A stretch of DNA of 64,000 bases from Candidatus Harrisonbacteria bacterium (GCA_016214655.1 JACROC010000007.1:130647-194646), one strand, 5' to 3'; positions 36,655 through 46,763 are shown, numbered from the stretch's first letter. The notes: generated by a model not told the origin, from the sequence alone. Made by a program: numbers and translations.

Positions 36655-37284
36655 CTACCACAAGGGGCCTGGTACTGACTCTTTTTCCTGCATTCTACGT
36701 TTGATCCGGACGATGATGTAGATCATGAGGCTTGTTGAAGGCACTGCGCGGGCGAGATAGATCCATGCGAAAAGATCGTTTTTCACCCACGCCGGATAGA
36801 TCGCGCACAGACTTGCTAGGAGTGCTGCTACCCAGACGAAGACTGGCTCAGTGCTGCGTTCCGCTCGCCATAGTCGCTTGATCGTTGCGAGGTAAGCGAA
36901 GAGCGCAATACATTGAACCAATACGTAGGAGATGAGCGGCTGATCGGTTAACGACCAGAATACTGCTATCACCGCTCCACCAGCAAGGCACCAGCATTGG
37001 ACTTTATCGAATGCCACCCGCAGAGTGCCATAGCGGACGTTGGTCGCGATTACTCCCGTGAGAATCATCGCGATGTTTATCGCTGCGGCAGCCAGCCCGA
37101 TGTTGCCGGTCAAGGACTTTCTGGGACTTTCCCAGTACATCCAGAACGACAGACCCATGACGGTCGTCATTAGGATCCAGGTTGCCGGAACCGGGCTGGT
37201 TTCTCTGATCCAAGCTCGGCGTACATAGTCTATTGCGGATACGATCATCAGAATGACGGTTCCCAGAACTGCGACTTCGTACAT
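36655..37284 (-). CDS. Multi-TM membrane protein, paralog of 37297-37869
   Basis: Y.R....ET.P...W; FDK..CLAG; T....W..P/E..E....W shared pattern; AAGGAGG SD. Confidence 0.75.
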   Translation of the reverse strand: MYEVAVLGTVILMIVSAIDYVRRAWIRETSPVPATWILMTTVMGLSFWMYWESPRKSLTGNIGLAAAAINIAMILTGVIATNVRYGTLRVAFDKVQCWCLAGGAVIAVFWSLTDQPLISYVLVQCIALFAYLATIKRLWRAERSTEPVFVWVAALLASLCAIYPAWVKNDLFAWIYLARAVPSTSLMIYIIVRIKRRMQEKESVPGPLW

Positions 37285-37296
37285 TGTGCGCCTCCT

Positions 37297-37869
37297 TTAT
37301 TGTTTGGTAGTAGTTGGTGAGTGTGGACGAACGTACAGGATGTACATCATGATGGTTTCGATCGCGAAGAACGTAACCGGCTGGGCAGCATCTGCCAGGG
37401 TCCACTGCGGGATTGCGATGACCGCGCACACGCAGGAAACCCAGAAGATCGTCCAGGCCAACTTGTCTTCGCGACTTGGATCTGTCCATGCCGACATGAA
37501 CGTCGGAATGGAGCCGAGGAATACTACACTGAGACTTGTCATGATACCGAGCACTGGATTGCTGAATGCTTGCCAGAGCACGATGCCGAGAACGGCACCG
37601 GCGAGGCAGAACTTGTCCAACTTCGTCCAGCCCGGAGTCCCATACTTCAGGGCGAGAGCGACAACCACCCAAGCTCCAATGACGGCGCCGAGGATTTGAC
37701 CGTTGACCGTATCCTTAGCGTACATCCCAGCGAGGGTGATCGTATCCAGACTTGCCCAGATGAGCCATGACGACTTTGCCGGCTTCGTCTCCCCTAGCAG
37801 AATGGCGCGGATGTAGGGAACGAAAGCGGCGATGAATAGTAGGCCGGCAACGGCGGATAGAGCTTTCAT
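37297..37869 (-). CDS. Multi-TM membrane protein
   Basis: PYIRAILLGETKPAKSSWLIW, LDKFCL, IPTF..AW.DP.RED; AAGGAGG SD. Confidence 0.75.
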   Translation of the reverse strand: MKALSAVAGLLFIAAFVPYIRAILLGETKPAKSSWLIWASLDTITLAGMYAKDTVNGQILGAVIGAWVVVALALKYGTPGWTKLDKFCLAGAVLGIVLWQAFSNPVLGIMTSLSVVFLGSIPTFMSAWTDPSREDKLAWTIFWVSCVCAVIAIPQWTLADAAQPVTFFAIETIMMYILYVRPHSPTTTKQ

Positions 37870-37915
37870 TACACCCTCCTTTATGAAAATTTTAAGGTAC
37901 TGCCCTTATAAAAAT

Positions 37916-37944
37916 ATAATAGCATATTTAATCTGTATTGTCAA
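37916..37944 (-). promoter_or_regulatory. Promoter TTGACA-N17-TATTAT
   Basis: Perfect -35, 17 bp spacer, TG extension. Confidence 0.7.
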
Positions 37945-38026
37945 GGTAAATCTATATAGGGATTGCAAAATAACTGGTAAACAGTTATTTTTTTATTAGT
38001 TGCTGAAAATTGCATAGGAGATTTAG

Positions 38027-38794
38027 GTGGCAAATCGTGTCTGGGTTTTTGATTTGGACGGTACGCTGATGGATACCTTGGATTTATATCGTAAACCAGC
38101 TGAAGAGGCATATACCCTAATTATGAGAAAACTTGGCGATCACTCCCCTTCTTTTAATGAGATTAAGGAGCGCCATAGTATTCTTGATAAGGAAATGATT
38201 TATCAAAAAGATCCGGATACCGGAAAGTTATATTTGTTTACAAAGAAACGATTTCCTACTTCGCTGGTGAAAATATATGAAATACTTTGCAAGGAAGCGG
38301 GAATTGAACCGAGTTTCTTGGTTATGCGTAAGATTTATCGGATTGGACTTAAGGCATTTAATCAGGAGCGCTACCGTCGTAAGATTAAACCCCAGGCCTT
38401 TATGATTGCTCAATTTTTGAAGAAACGAGGAGATATTCTTTTCATTTTAACTAAAGGGGATAGGCGTATTCAGGGAGATAAGCGGAGGGCACTCAAAGAG
38501 GCGGGGCTGCTTAAATTCTTTAAGGCATTTATTATTGTACCGGATGATAAGGGGCCGGCTCTTAAGTCGATTAAGGAAACATATCCCGACAATGAGCGTT
38601 ATTGCATCGGCGACACTTATAAGGCAGATATCATGCCGGGTATTAAATGGGGGTTTTTCGGTGTTTATATACCCTCAAACGCAAACTGGATGGAGGTTGG
38701 AAGGTTGAAGTGGATTGAACAACAGCGAAGCAAGAGACGCTCTAATAGGTACGCCAATTTAATGGAAATAGCCGAAAAATACGATTATCTGTGA
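38027..38794 (+). CDS. HAD-superfamily hydrolase
   Basis: VFDLDGTLMDT, LTKG, CIGD..ADI. Confidence 0.85.
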   Translation: MANRVWVFDLDGTLMDTLDLYRKPAEEAYTLIMRKLGDHSPSFNEIKERHSILDKEMIYQKDPDTGKLYLFTKKRFPTSLVKIYEILCKEAGIEPSFLVMRKIYRIGLKAFNQERYRRKIKPQAFMIAQFLKKRGDILFILTKGDRRIQGDKRRALKEAGLLKFFKAFIIVPDDKGPALKSIKETYPDNERYCIGDTYKADIMPGIKWGFFGVYIPSNANWMEVGRLKWIEQQRSKRRSNRYANLMEIAEKYDYL

Positions 38795-38990
38795 AACAAT
38801 GTTTAACAGCGCCATAGGCGCTGTTTATTATTTTCTAAGCGTGAAACAATTTTGTGAAACATTGGTAAGGATTTTGTGCTTAAAGTGACGATGGTACCGT
38901 TACATGAAACAATTTCATTAGATCAATTTTAACGAAAATAATGTTTCACAATTATTTTGTGAAACATTGATATTAGATTTGTGCTTAAAT

Positions 38991-39443
38991 TTAGAAAATT
39001 GTTTGCGGTGAAACACTTTTAGCTTCGAAATGACCACGTTTGTATAGGCTATAGAGAACTTTATAATCTGGATGAATATCCGGATCTTGGCCGATTTTCT
39101 CAAGCCATTCTAATAATTGTTTTCCTTTATAACCAATAAGTTTCTTATAGAAAAATGGAATTATTATATCTCTAAGCTCTCCAAAATCTCTTACGATTAA
39201 TCTTGCTGTTTTGCCTCTCTTAAATCCGTCCAAGCTATATGGTTTAAGGATATAAATTTTATTTTTAATATTTAAGCGTCGCTTAACTTGTTCAATTAAT
39301 TCTTTATCCCGTTCATGCATACTAAGAACAAATGCAGGTATTTTTATTTTATTGCCATGCTTATTCTTCTGGGGTATATTACAAAAGGAAAAACAGCCTT
39401 CGCCATCTATTAATCCTCTAATATAGTTGTCAGTTATATTCAT
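38991..39443 (-). CDS. Single-motif LAGLIDADG homing endonuclease-like protein
   Basis: YIRGLIDGEGCFS, F.LSMHERD..L, IIPFF....K. Confidence 0.8.
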   Translation of the reverse strand: MNITDNYIRGLIDGEGCFSFCNIPQKNKHGNKIKIPAFVLSMHERDKELIEQVKRRLNIKNKIYILKPYSLDGFKRGKTARLIVRDFGELRDIIIPFFYKKLIGYKGKQLLEWLEKIGQDPDIHPDYKVLYSLYKRGHFEAKSVSPQTIF

Positions 39444-39515
39444 ATAGTTTCACAATAAACTTTCTTAATTTGTTATCGCGATAACAAATTATATCATGTA
39501 ATTCAACAAACATCT

Positions 39516-39983
39516 ATGACTAAAAAATCTGAAACAGGAAAACTGGGTGAAGATATTGCCTGCCAATATCTTTTAAACAAAGGATTTAGTATTATTGAGC
39601 GAAATTATAGGAAGCTATGGGGCGAGTTAGATATTATTGCGAAAGATCCGGAGGGAACTTTAGTTTTTGTAGAGGTAAAGGCAATTCGGCAATTCGGCAA
39701 TTATAAAAATGCGGCAATTTTGCCGGAAGAAAATTTAACTGCCGCAAAATTAAAGAAATTAAAAAGAACCGCATCTTTATATGCTGGATTTAATGAAAAT
39801 TTAATTGATGACGAAAGGGGATGGAGGATTGATCTCGTTGCAATCATGATTCCGGATGTTTTACATGAAACATTGATCCCGTTAGAGACAGAGGCACGCT
39901 GTGAGCCCTCGCGGTCTCTAACGGGATTGACAGAATTATTAAAATATTGTGATATAAAACATTTTGAAAATGTGGAAATGTAA
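39516..39983 (+). CDS. YraN family nuclease-like protein carrying repeat insertions
   Basis: G..GEDIA..YL, ERNYR..WGELDII, VFVEVK, RIDLVAI. Confidence 0.85.
   Translation: MTKKSETGKLGEDIACQYLLNKGFSIIERNYRKLWGELDIIAKDPEGTLVFVEVKAIRQFGNYKNAAILPEENLTAAKLKKLKRTASLYAGFNENLIDDERGWRIDLVAIMIPDVLHETLIPLETEARCEPSRSLTGLTELLKYCDIKHFENVEM
39876..39927. repeat. REP-like palindrome inside YraN
   Basis: Perfect 14 bp inverted repeat atcccgttagagac / gtctctaacgggat. Confidence 0.85.
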
Positions 39984-40008
39984 AATGCCGCTCTGAAGAG
40001 CGGCATTT
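39983..40008. terminator. Bidirectional terminator
   Basis: aaatgccgctct-ga-agagcggcattt. Confidence 0.7.
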
Positions 40009-40013
40009 GGATA

Positions 40014-41366
40014 TTAAAAACTGAAAACTAAAGAGGTAGCAATCTGATTGATGTTGGTTTGGCGCGCGTTATCAACTGGAGGAACGTTAATGGTCCAATA
40101 AGAATATTCGGTTTTTAAGATTAAATTGTTATTAATTGGGAAATTCAGGCCGCCGGTGTATTTATCAATTTTGGTAGTAATTTGGTTTCCTTGATTGGGA
40201 AATGCGCTTATTGGCAGGCCCGTTTTTGGTTCGGCATTTCTTGAAAAAATTAGTTTTGGGCCGGAGCGTTCTATCCGGTTAAAGGCCAGAATGCCAAGTA
40301 ATTTTTTACCATTTCCTTTTACTTGCCAAATCGGAAAAGAAGATTGAAAATAAAATCCACGATTAATTTCTATCTTACTCGGAAGATTATCCGTATTTTG
40401 GGCGAAATCCACATTATCATTGGCATCGGCTTGTGCAAGACTAAAATCGGTTTCGCTGTAGACATATTCTCCGCTGAAACTGAAATTTTTATATTGGAAC
40501 AATAAATCAGTTCCGCAAATTCTATAATCTTGGCCGAAGACAGCCTCTTCCAAATCATAGCGTCCATACATGCCGGATAATCCGACTCTGACTCCTTTTA
40601 ATTCGAGCCCCTCTTCAACTGGGAAAGGAATTTTTAAATCACCCAAGGCAAAGGCTATCCTACCGCCTGGAGCTTTGTTGTTGTTGTTGTCGGCAAGGTT
40701 ATTGTTTAGATGTCCGAAGTCCATATTGACACCGCTGATCGGCCGGCCTTGCACGTTAAGCTTTCCAGTATAGGGAAAGGTCCGCAATCGATTGCCGACT
40801 TCGCCAAATCCATTTACCAAATAAGCGGTTAGTTCGCTTGGCAGCCATCGATATGAATTTGGATAGTAGCTTGCCCTTGCTCCGATATCAGTATAACCAG
40901 CGCTGAATGGCGGACGGGGAGAATTTAGCCTAAGAACAAGGTCTAAGTTGTCGGGAGAGGCATAAATTAGCGGCTTGGTGATGGATAGAAATTTATCTGC
41001 TCGATAGAGTTCATTATAGTGGCCGAAGGGAACCAGAAATTTACCCAATTCTAACTTTAATTTCTCATCCCAATAACGGAAATTAGTCGAGAAGCGATAG
41101 AGATTGATTTGTCCCTGGGAGGCAGTTGGAATTTGAAATTCCAGTAAGAAGGGATATTTTTCGCTGATTTTTCCATCCATTCCGAAAAATATATCAGACA
41201 GATAAACTTGTGTCTGGATTTGATATTCATAGCCGGGCCTTCTGGGACCGACGGTTCGGAAGTTAAGGGACATGCTGCCGTTAAGATTGAGATTCTTGGT
41301 GATTTCTTTGGGGTGGGCGAGGGGGGTGATTTGCAGTAAGGACAGAAGCAGAAAAGTCTTTTTCAT
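40014..41366 (-). CDS. Exported beta-strand-rich (porin-like) protein
   Basis: Signal peptide, ELGKFLVPFG, alternating amphipathic strands, C-terminal SLVFSF; AAGGAGG SD. Confidence 0.6.
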   Translation of the reverse strand: MKKTFLLLSLLQITPLAHPKEITKNLNLNGSMSLNFRTVGPRRPGYEYQIQTQVYLSDIFFGMDGKISEKYPFLLEFQIPTASQGQINLYRFSTNFRYWDEKLKLELGKFLVPFGHYNELYRADKFLSITKPLIYASPDNLDLVLRLNSPRPPFSAGYTDIGARASYYPNSYRWLPSELTAYLVNGFGEVGNRLRTFPYTGKLNVQGRPISGVNMDFGHLNNNLADNNNNKAPGGRIAFALGDLKIPFPVEEGLELKGVRVGLSGMYGRYDLEEAVFGQDYRICGTDLLFQYKNFSFSGEYVYSETDFSLAQADANDNVDFAQNTDNLPSKIEINRGFYFQSSFPIWQVKGNGKKLLGILAFNRIERSGPKLIFSRNAEPKTGLPISAFPNQGNQITTKIDKYTGGLNFPINNNLILKTEYSYWTINVPPVDNARQTNINQIATSLVFSF

Positions 41367-41495
41367 TTTTCCTCCTTTCAGTTCTTAATCTACTGGTCAT
41401 AGTTTACAAGATCTTCTGGGAAAAGTCAAATGACTGTACCAGAAAGATTGTAAAGCAATTTTTAATTTAAATGGCTATATATTATAATTAATCTA

Positions 41496-44400
41496 ATGAG
41501 AAAATTTTTCGCGGGTTCGTTATTTGTTTTATTATTCACTTTTTTATTTAGTAATATAGCCTTTGCTGTCCAGCCGTATTGTCTTGGTCCATGGATTACT
41601 GAATACAGATATAGAGACTCGGGTGGGCTTAGTGCGGATCAGTGTTATAACCTTGTAAATATTCAAAATTCTGGAGCTACGATAGTCGGCGGATATGCGT
41701 TGCAAAGTTATAGTGTAGATAGAGCCAGTCCACATTGCGAGACCGGTGCATTTTCTCGGGTTGCGGTTTTGGATCCGGGCGGCGAAAGCGGAACTTTATA
41801 TTGCCCGAAATTAAGCGATTCGGTTCAATTAAGCGCTAGCGGCGCAAATTTGGTTTCTGGAAATACTTATCAAATTAACCAGTTTGGCAGCTTTGCAGTT
41901 TCTTGGAATGCTCCTTTTGCGCTTAGCTGTAATTTGTCTGGGAATGCTCCATTTGGCAAATCGTTCGGCGGTGAGTTTGACGGGAGAAGGTCGTCTATTA
42001 TCGGCACCAGCGAAACTTATCGGGATGTGCCTAAGGGAATCTACAGATTTGAATTTGCTTGCAGTGGTTATAAAGATAATCAAATTTCCCCGGATATTGT
42101 AGAAACTAGAAAAGGCGTTACGGTTTTTTCCGGACCAGTGACCTATCCTCAAGTTTCTTTTTCAATAGAACCAACTGCGGTAATCAGGGGTGAGCCGACT
42201 AAATTAATTTGGACATCGGAAAATGTTAAGCGGTTGACTCTTGATGGAGCATCGGTCGCTTTAAGTGGGGAAAAGACTGTAACTAAAACTACAGAAGGAA
42301 CTTTTACTTTTAAAATGGTTGGCTATGGAGAATCGGAGCTGCCTCCTGTTACGGTGGAGAAAACACTGACGGTTTTACCATATCCCCGGCCACAGATTAA
42401 TTTTTTTAAAGTGATACCAGGATCAATCAATAAAGAAAAAGGCGAGAGCGCAATTTTGCAATGGGAAACCGAAAATACTAATTCAGTTACTATTATTCCG
42501 GATCCCGATCCTAGTAAATCCGAAGGGACAAGCGGCTTTGTAGAGATTTCTCCCAGGTTATCAACTAATTACCGGCTTACTGCTTATAGTAAATTCGCTG
42601 ATTTAAAAGAGGCTAGCGCCACTGCATATTTAGAAACTATTTATCCGAAGCTGGAAATTCTTTCATTTGATATTGACCGGGATTCTATTTTTATGGGAGA
42701 GGGCGCGTTTTTAAGCTGGCGCACAAAAAATGTTACCGCCGCATCTTTAAAAGATAGCGACGGAAGGACGATTTCAAATCAGTTGAACGGTTCGGTTACT
42801 GTAAATCCCCTAAAGAAAACCACTTATACTTTATTTGGTACCGGAAAATTTGATGAATCAGGTGAGATAGAGGAATCAAAAGTTTTGAATGTTAGCGCAC
42901 CAGTATTAGAAATTAGTTCCTTTGCCGCTGGTCCATCCCCGGTCATTAGGGGCGAAAAGGTGACTTTTGCTTGGGTAACTAAAAATATCAAGTTTTTAGC
43001 CATCCGCGATGAGACCAGGGGAAGAATTATTGCCTCTAATATAGATCCGGCTTTGGGTAAATATACTCTGGACATTTCCCCATCTAGTGATACGGAGTAC
43101 ATTCTTATCGGCACCGGTGAATTTTTAGAATCGGGATCAACTAGAAAATCCTTTAACTTGAAGGTTAATTTGCCTCCGGCGCCAATTATTAAGTTATTTG
43201 AAATTACTCCACAGACTATTGTCAGGGGTAGAGAGCAAAAAATCACTATTAAATGGGAAACGGAAAATGCGGAATTTTTAACTATTAAAGATGGAAGCGG
43301 CAGGACTATTAATTTAGGAACAGATTTTGATAAAAGAGCCGATCAAGTAGATATTGTTCCGCCGCCCACCATTGATACCTCTTATACTATTATTGTTAGG
43401 GGGAAATTTATTGAACAAGGTGAGGCAAAACAAACAAAAACAGTAGAGGTTAATCTTCCGGGAGCTCCTAACATCAGCTCCTTTACCGCTAATCCACCGG
43501 CTATTATCAAGGGCGGAAAGTCAATTTTGAGATGGAGCGCTGAAAATGCGGTTTCTTTAACCATCAGAGATGATCGCGGCATAATTATTGCCGATAAATT
43601 AGATCCAGGAATTAACGAGATTGAAGTAAGACCGGACGTGAAGACGCAATATTCTTTAACCGCTTATCCGCAATTTACCGAACAAGGGACGGATCGAAAA
43701 TTCGCAACCGTGGATGTATCGTTGCCATCTGGCCCGCAGATTACTTCTTTTACCAGCGAGCCATCGGCAATTGTCCGCGGGACTATTGCCAAGGTTATTT
43801 TAAAATGGCAAGCGCAGAATGTTTCCTCGATTATTATCAGGGATCAGACCAGAAGTATAACTTTGGAAGATAATTTGGATCCTAAGCTGGGACAATTAGA
43901 AGTCAATGCTCCGACTTCTGATACTACTTACGCTATTACCGGCCTTGGGCTCTTGCCGGAATTGCCATCGGCAAAAAGCTCTTTTACTTTAAAGGTTTTT
44001 TTGCCGCAGATTCAGGTTAATTTCAGCTTAGATAAGAATTTAATTACTCGCGGGGATAAGGTGAATTTAAAATGGGATACGGTTAACGCCGAATCAATTT
44101 TAATTAAGGATAATATCGGCAGAATCATCGGCAGAGATCTGAACCCGGCAGCTGGAGAAATTTTAGACCGGCCGGCTACGGATGTAACTTCTTATACTTT
44201 AACCGCTACCGGAGAATTTTTGGAATCTAAGCCGATTGCTAAATCAGTTGCTATCAAGGTTAATCCGCCGCAGAAGCCAACTATTACTTTATTAGAGCTT
44301 AATCCGCCAAAGATCATCCGCGGGCAAAAATCAATTTTGAAATGGGAGTCGGTAAATGCAATTGTTCTTGATATAAAAGATGATCACGGACAGTCGTTAG

Positions 44401-46565
44401 CGAAGGGCTTGGATCCGCAGAAGGGAGAAATAGAAGTCGCGCCGAAGGCGGATACTGTTTATACAATTACGGTTAGCGGGGCATTGGCGGAAGCCGGTTC
44501 AGATCAAGAAACTATTTTGTTAGATGTAAGGCCGCCAACTCCGGAAATAACTTATTTTAAGGTTGAGCCAGGAACTATTGTGAAAGGAGAACAAAAAGCG
44601 ATGCTGAAGTGGCAAACCAAAAATACCTCTAGTGTCAGCGTTAAAGATGGCGCTGGAAAATCGGTAGGGTATTTTTTGGATGCGGCTATGGACGAAGTAG
44701 AGGTGGTTCCGGATCTCACCACTAAATATACACTGACGGCCAAAGGTGAAACTTTGGAAGCGGGCGAGGCCAGACAAACTGTTATTTTAAATGTTGCTTT
44801 GCCGGGCAGCCCTCAAATTACGTCTTTTTCCGTAAATCCGGAATCAGTTTTAAGAGGAAATGGCGCTACTTTATCTTGGGAAACCAAGGACGGAATTTCG
44901 GCATCTTTAAGCCCGGAAATTGGCAGAGTAGATTTAAGTGGATCGGTTGATGTGAAGCCAATAGCTACGACTGAATATATTTTGACGGTTGCCGGTAAAT
45001 TTGAAGAGCAGGGGGTAGCTAAAGAATCCGTCATACTCAGCGTTACACTTCCAGACGGGCCAAGAATCACCTCATTTAAAATTGAGCCGGAAAAAATTAA
45101 AAAGGGAGAAAGCGCCACTTTGAATTGGTCTACAGAGAACGCGACCTCTGTATTGATTTCTCCGGGGATTGGTCCGGTAAGAACTACTGGAACAATGAAA
45201 GTTTCTCCATCCATCACTACTCGTTATACCATTACGGCCCAAGGTAAGTTTAAAGAATCCGGAGAGGATAAAAGATTTATGCTTTTAAAAGTTGAAGAGG
45301 CCCTGCCATTTACTCCTGTAAAACTTCCGGAAATTATAGAAGAAGAGAAGGAGAAGGAAGCTGAGGCCTCAAAGCCAGCGGCGAAACCGGTGATTGATTT
45401 GAAGGTTAATGGCCAAGACGGACCACTGACAATCGCGGCGCCGGCCACACTTAATTTGTCTTGGAATTTAGACGCGTATTGTTTGGTTTACGGTTCTTGG
45501 ATCGGTGTTAAAAATAGGGCTGGCCAGGATCGCCGCGTGGAAAGTAAGCCCGGCACTTATACATATAAGATTTATTGTCCGACTATAGGATCCGATGAGG
45601 TTTCGGTGAATGTTGTGAGATCCAGAAGAGGCGGGGCGGGGGTTGGGGGTGAGGGCGAGGTAGCTTTGCCGTTTGCCGAAGCCAGTGTCAGTAAGGATTC
45701 TAAGAATTTTCAGAAAAGAATCAGCGTGATACACGGCGAGCCTGTTGGGTTTTGGTTTGGCGCCGCTTACGATACTGACGGCGATAATTTAGCCTCACGG
45801 GACGAAACTGATGGCTGGACAAGGCTGATGTCTTCTGGCGGGCGTTGCGATTGGAATACTGACCTAAATCAAGGAGAGGCGACCTTTGAAATAACCGGTA
45901 GCAGTCCTAAGAATCCGGAGCAATGCACCTATTATCTTGGGGAATTAACCTTTAATGACGAGCCCGGCATTTATAGTTATGAAGTTTTGCGATTAGTGCA
46001 AAATGATGGCAAAGTTTCCAATATTGCATCAGTAGAAGTAGAAGTTTTGCCGACTTTGCTGCCACCTGGCCCGCCGGAAATTGATTTAAGAATTAACAAT
46101 CTAGAAGGACCAGTTACTTTGGGCGCACCAGCCGATTATAATGTTACTTGGAATGTTAAAAATGCGGATTCTTGCACCTCTTCCGGTTCATGGGGTGGAG
46201 ATAAGTCTGTCGGCGGGTCGCAGCATTTTGTATCATCAGAGAAAAAAGATTTTATTTATACGCTTACTTGTACTGGGAAACTCGGAACAACTTCCAAGAG
46301 TATCTCTCTGAAAGTCGCAGAGCTTCCGGTTTGTGATTTTTCCGCTTTACCAACGGTTATCAGTTTATCTTCATTTGAACGTCAATCAGTTCTTACCTGG
46401 AAGTGCCAATTCGCAAATTCCTGTTCTATCTCTCCCGGCGTAGATATCGACGGCAAAACTTTCGGGTCCATTAGGGTTTCTCCGGCGGAAACTACAAAAT
46501 ATACTTTAGTTTGCCAGAATTTTGAAGGTAGTAGCGGTTTTGGTGCCTCAGTTGAGGTGAGGTAA
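41496..46565 (+). CDS. Large secreted/surface protein with tandem Ig-like repeats
   Basis: Signal peptide; recurring I..F...P..I..G....L.W...N...YTL.A.G units of about 85-90 aa; Cys-rich ends. Confidence 0.8.
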   Translation: MRKFFAGSLFVLLFTFLFSNIAFAVQPYCLGPWITEYRYRDSGGLSADQCYNLVNIQNSGATIVGGYALQSYSVDRASPHCETGAFSRVAVLDPGGESGTLYCPKLSDSVQLSASGANLVSGNTYQINQFGSFAVSWNAPFALSCNLSGNAPFGKSFGGEFDGRRSSIIGTSETYRDVPKGIYRFEFACSGYKDNQISPDIVETRKGVTVFSGPVTYPQVSFSIEPTAVIRGEPTKLIWTSENVKRLTLDGASVALSGEKTVTKTTEGTFTFKMVGYGESELPPVTVEKTLTVLPYPRPQINFFKVIPGSINKEKGESAILQWETENTNSVTIIPDPDPSKSEGTSGFVEISPRLSTNYRLTAYSKFADLKEASATAYLETIYPKLEILSFDIDRDSIFMGEGAFLSWRTKNVTAASLKDSDGRTISNQLNGSVTVNPLKKTTYTLFGTGKFDESGEIEESKVLNVSAPVLEISSFAAGPSPVIRGEKVTFAWVTKNIKFLAIRDETRGRIIASNIDPALGKYTLDISPSSDTEYILIGTGEFLESGSTRKSFNLKVNLPPAPIIKLFEITPQTIVRGREQKITIKWETENAEFLTIKDGSGRTINLGTDFDKRADQVDIVPPPTIDTSYTIIVRGKFIEQGEAKQTKTVEVNLPGAPNISSFTANPPAIIKGGKSILRWSAENAVSLTIRDDRGIIIADKLDPGINEIEVRPDVKTQYSLTAYPQFTEQGTDRKFATVDVSLPSGPQITSFTSEPSAIVRGTIAKVILKWQAQNVSSIIIRDQTRSITLEDNLDPKLGQLEVNAPTSDTTYAITGLGLLPELPSAKSSFTLKVFLPQIQVNFSLDKNLITRGDKVNLKWDTVNAESILIKDNIGRIIGRDLNPAAGEILDRPATDVTSYTLTATGEFLESKPIAKSVAIKVNPPQKPTITLLELNPPKIIRGQKSILKWESVNAIVLDIKDDHGQSLAKGLDPQKGEIEVAPKADTVYTITVSGALAEAGSDQETILLDVRPPTPEITYFKVEPGTIVKGEQKAMLKWQTKNTSSVSVKDGAGKSVGYFLDAAMDEVEVVPDLTTKYTLTAKGETLEAGEARQTVILNVALPGSPQITSFSVNPESVLRGNGATLSWETKDGISASLSPEIGRVDLSGSVDVKPIATTEYILTVAGKFEEQGVAKESVILSVTLPDGPRITSFKIEPEKIKKGESATLNWSTENATSVLISPGIGPVRTTGTMKVSPSITTRYTITAQGKFKESGEDKRFMLLKVEEALPFTPVKLPEIIEEEKEKEAEASKPAAKPVIDLKVNGQDGPLTIAAPATLNLSWNLDAYCLVYGSWIGVKNRAGQDRRVESKPGTYTYKIYCPTIGSDEVSVNVVRSRRGGAGVGGEGEVALPFAEASVSKDSKNFQKRISVIHGEPVGFWFGAAYDTDGDNLASRDETDGWTRLMSSGGRCDWNTDLNQGEATFEITGSSPKNPEQCTYYLGELTFNDEPGIYSYEVLRLVQNDGKVSNIASVEVEVLPTLLPPGPPEIDLRINNLEGPVTLGAPADYNVTWNVKNADSCTSSGSWGGDKSVGGSQHFVSSEKKDFIYTLTCTGKLGTTSKSISLKVAELPVCDFSALPTVISLSSFERQSVLTWKCQFANSCSISPGVDIDGKTFGSIRVSPAETTKYTLVCQNFEGSSGFGASVEVR

Positions 46566-46584
46566 TCAGCGGAGCTTTAGGATC

Positions 46585-46613
46585 TTGACAAATCCTACTT
46601 TGTTGTCTATTAT
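46585..46613 (+). promoter_or_regulatory. nusA promoter TTGACA-N17-TATTAT
   Basis: Consensus elements with 17 bp spacer. Confidence 0.7.
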
Positions 46614-46665
46614 TATTGTAATGATTGATTGTCCGCCGAGAGCGGACATTTTATTAAAAACAATC

Positions 46666-46763
46666 GCGATACCAATATACTAATGCATGCGAATGATACC
46701 AATAATACAAATTCGCATTTATTCGTATCATTAGTACAATTCGTATATTAGTATCATAGTTTT
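46666..46763 (+). repeat. Palindromic nonamer element, copy B
   Basis: gcgataccaatatactaatgcatgcgaatgatac...attcgtatcattagtacaattcgtatattagtatcatagtt; ends at the nusA ATG. Confidence 0.9.
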
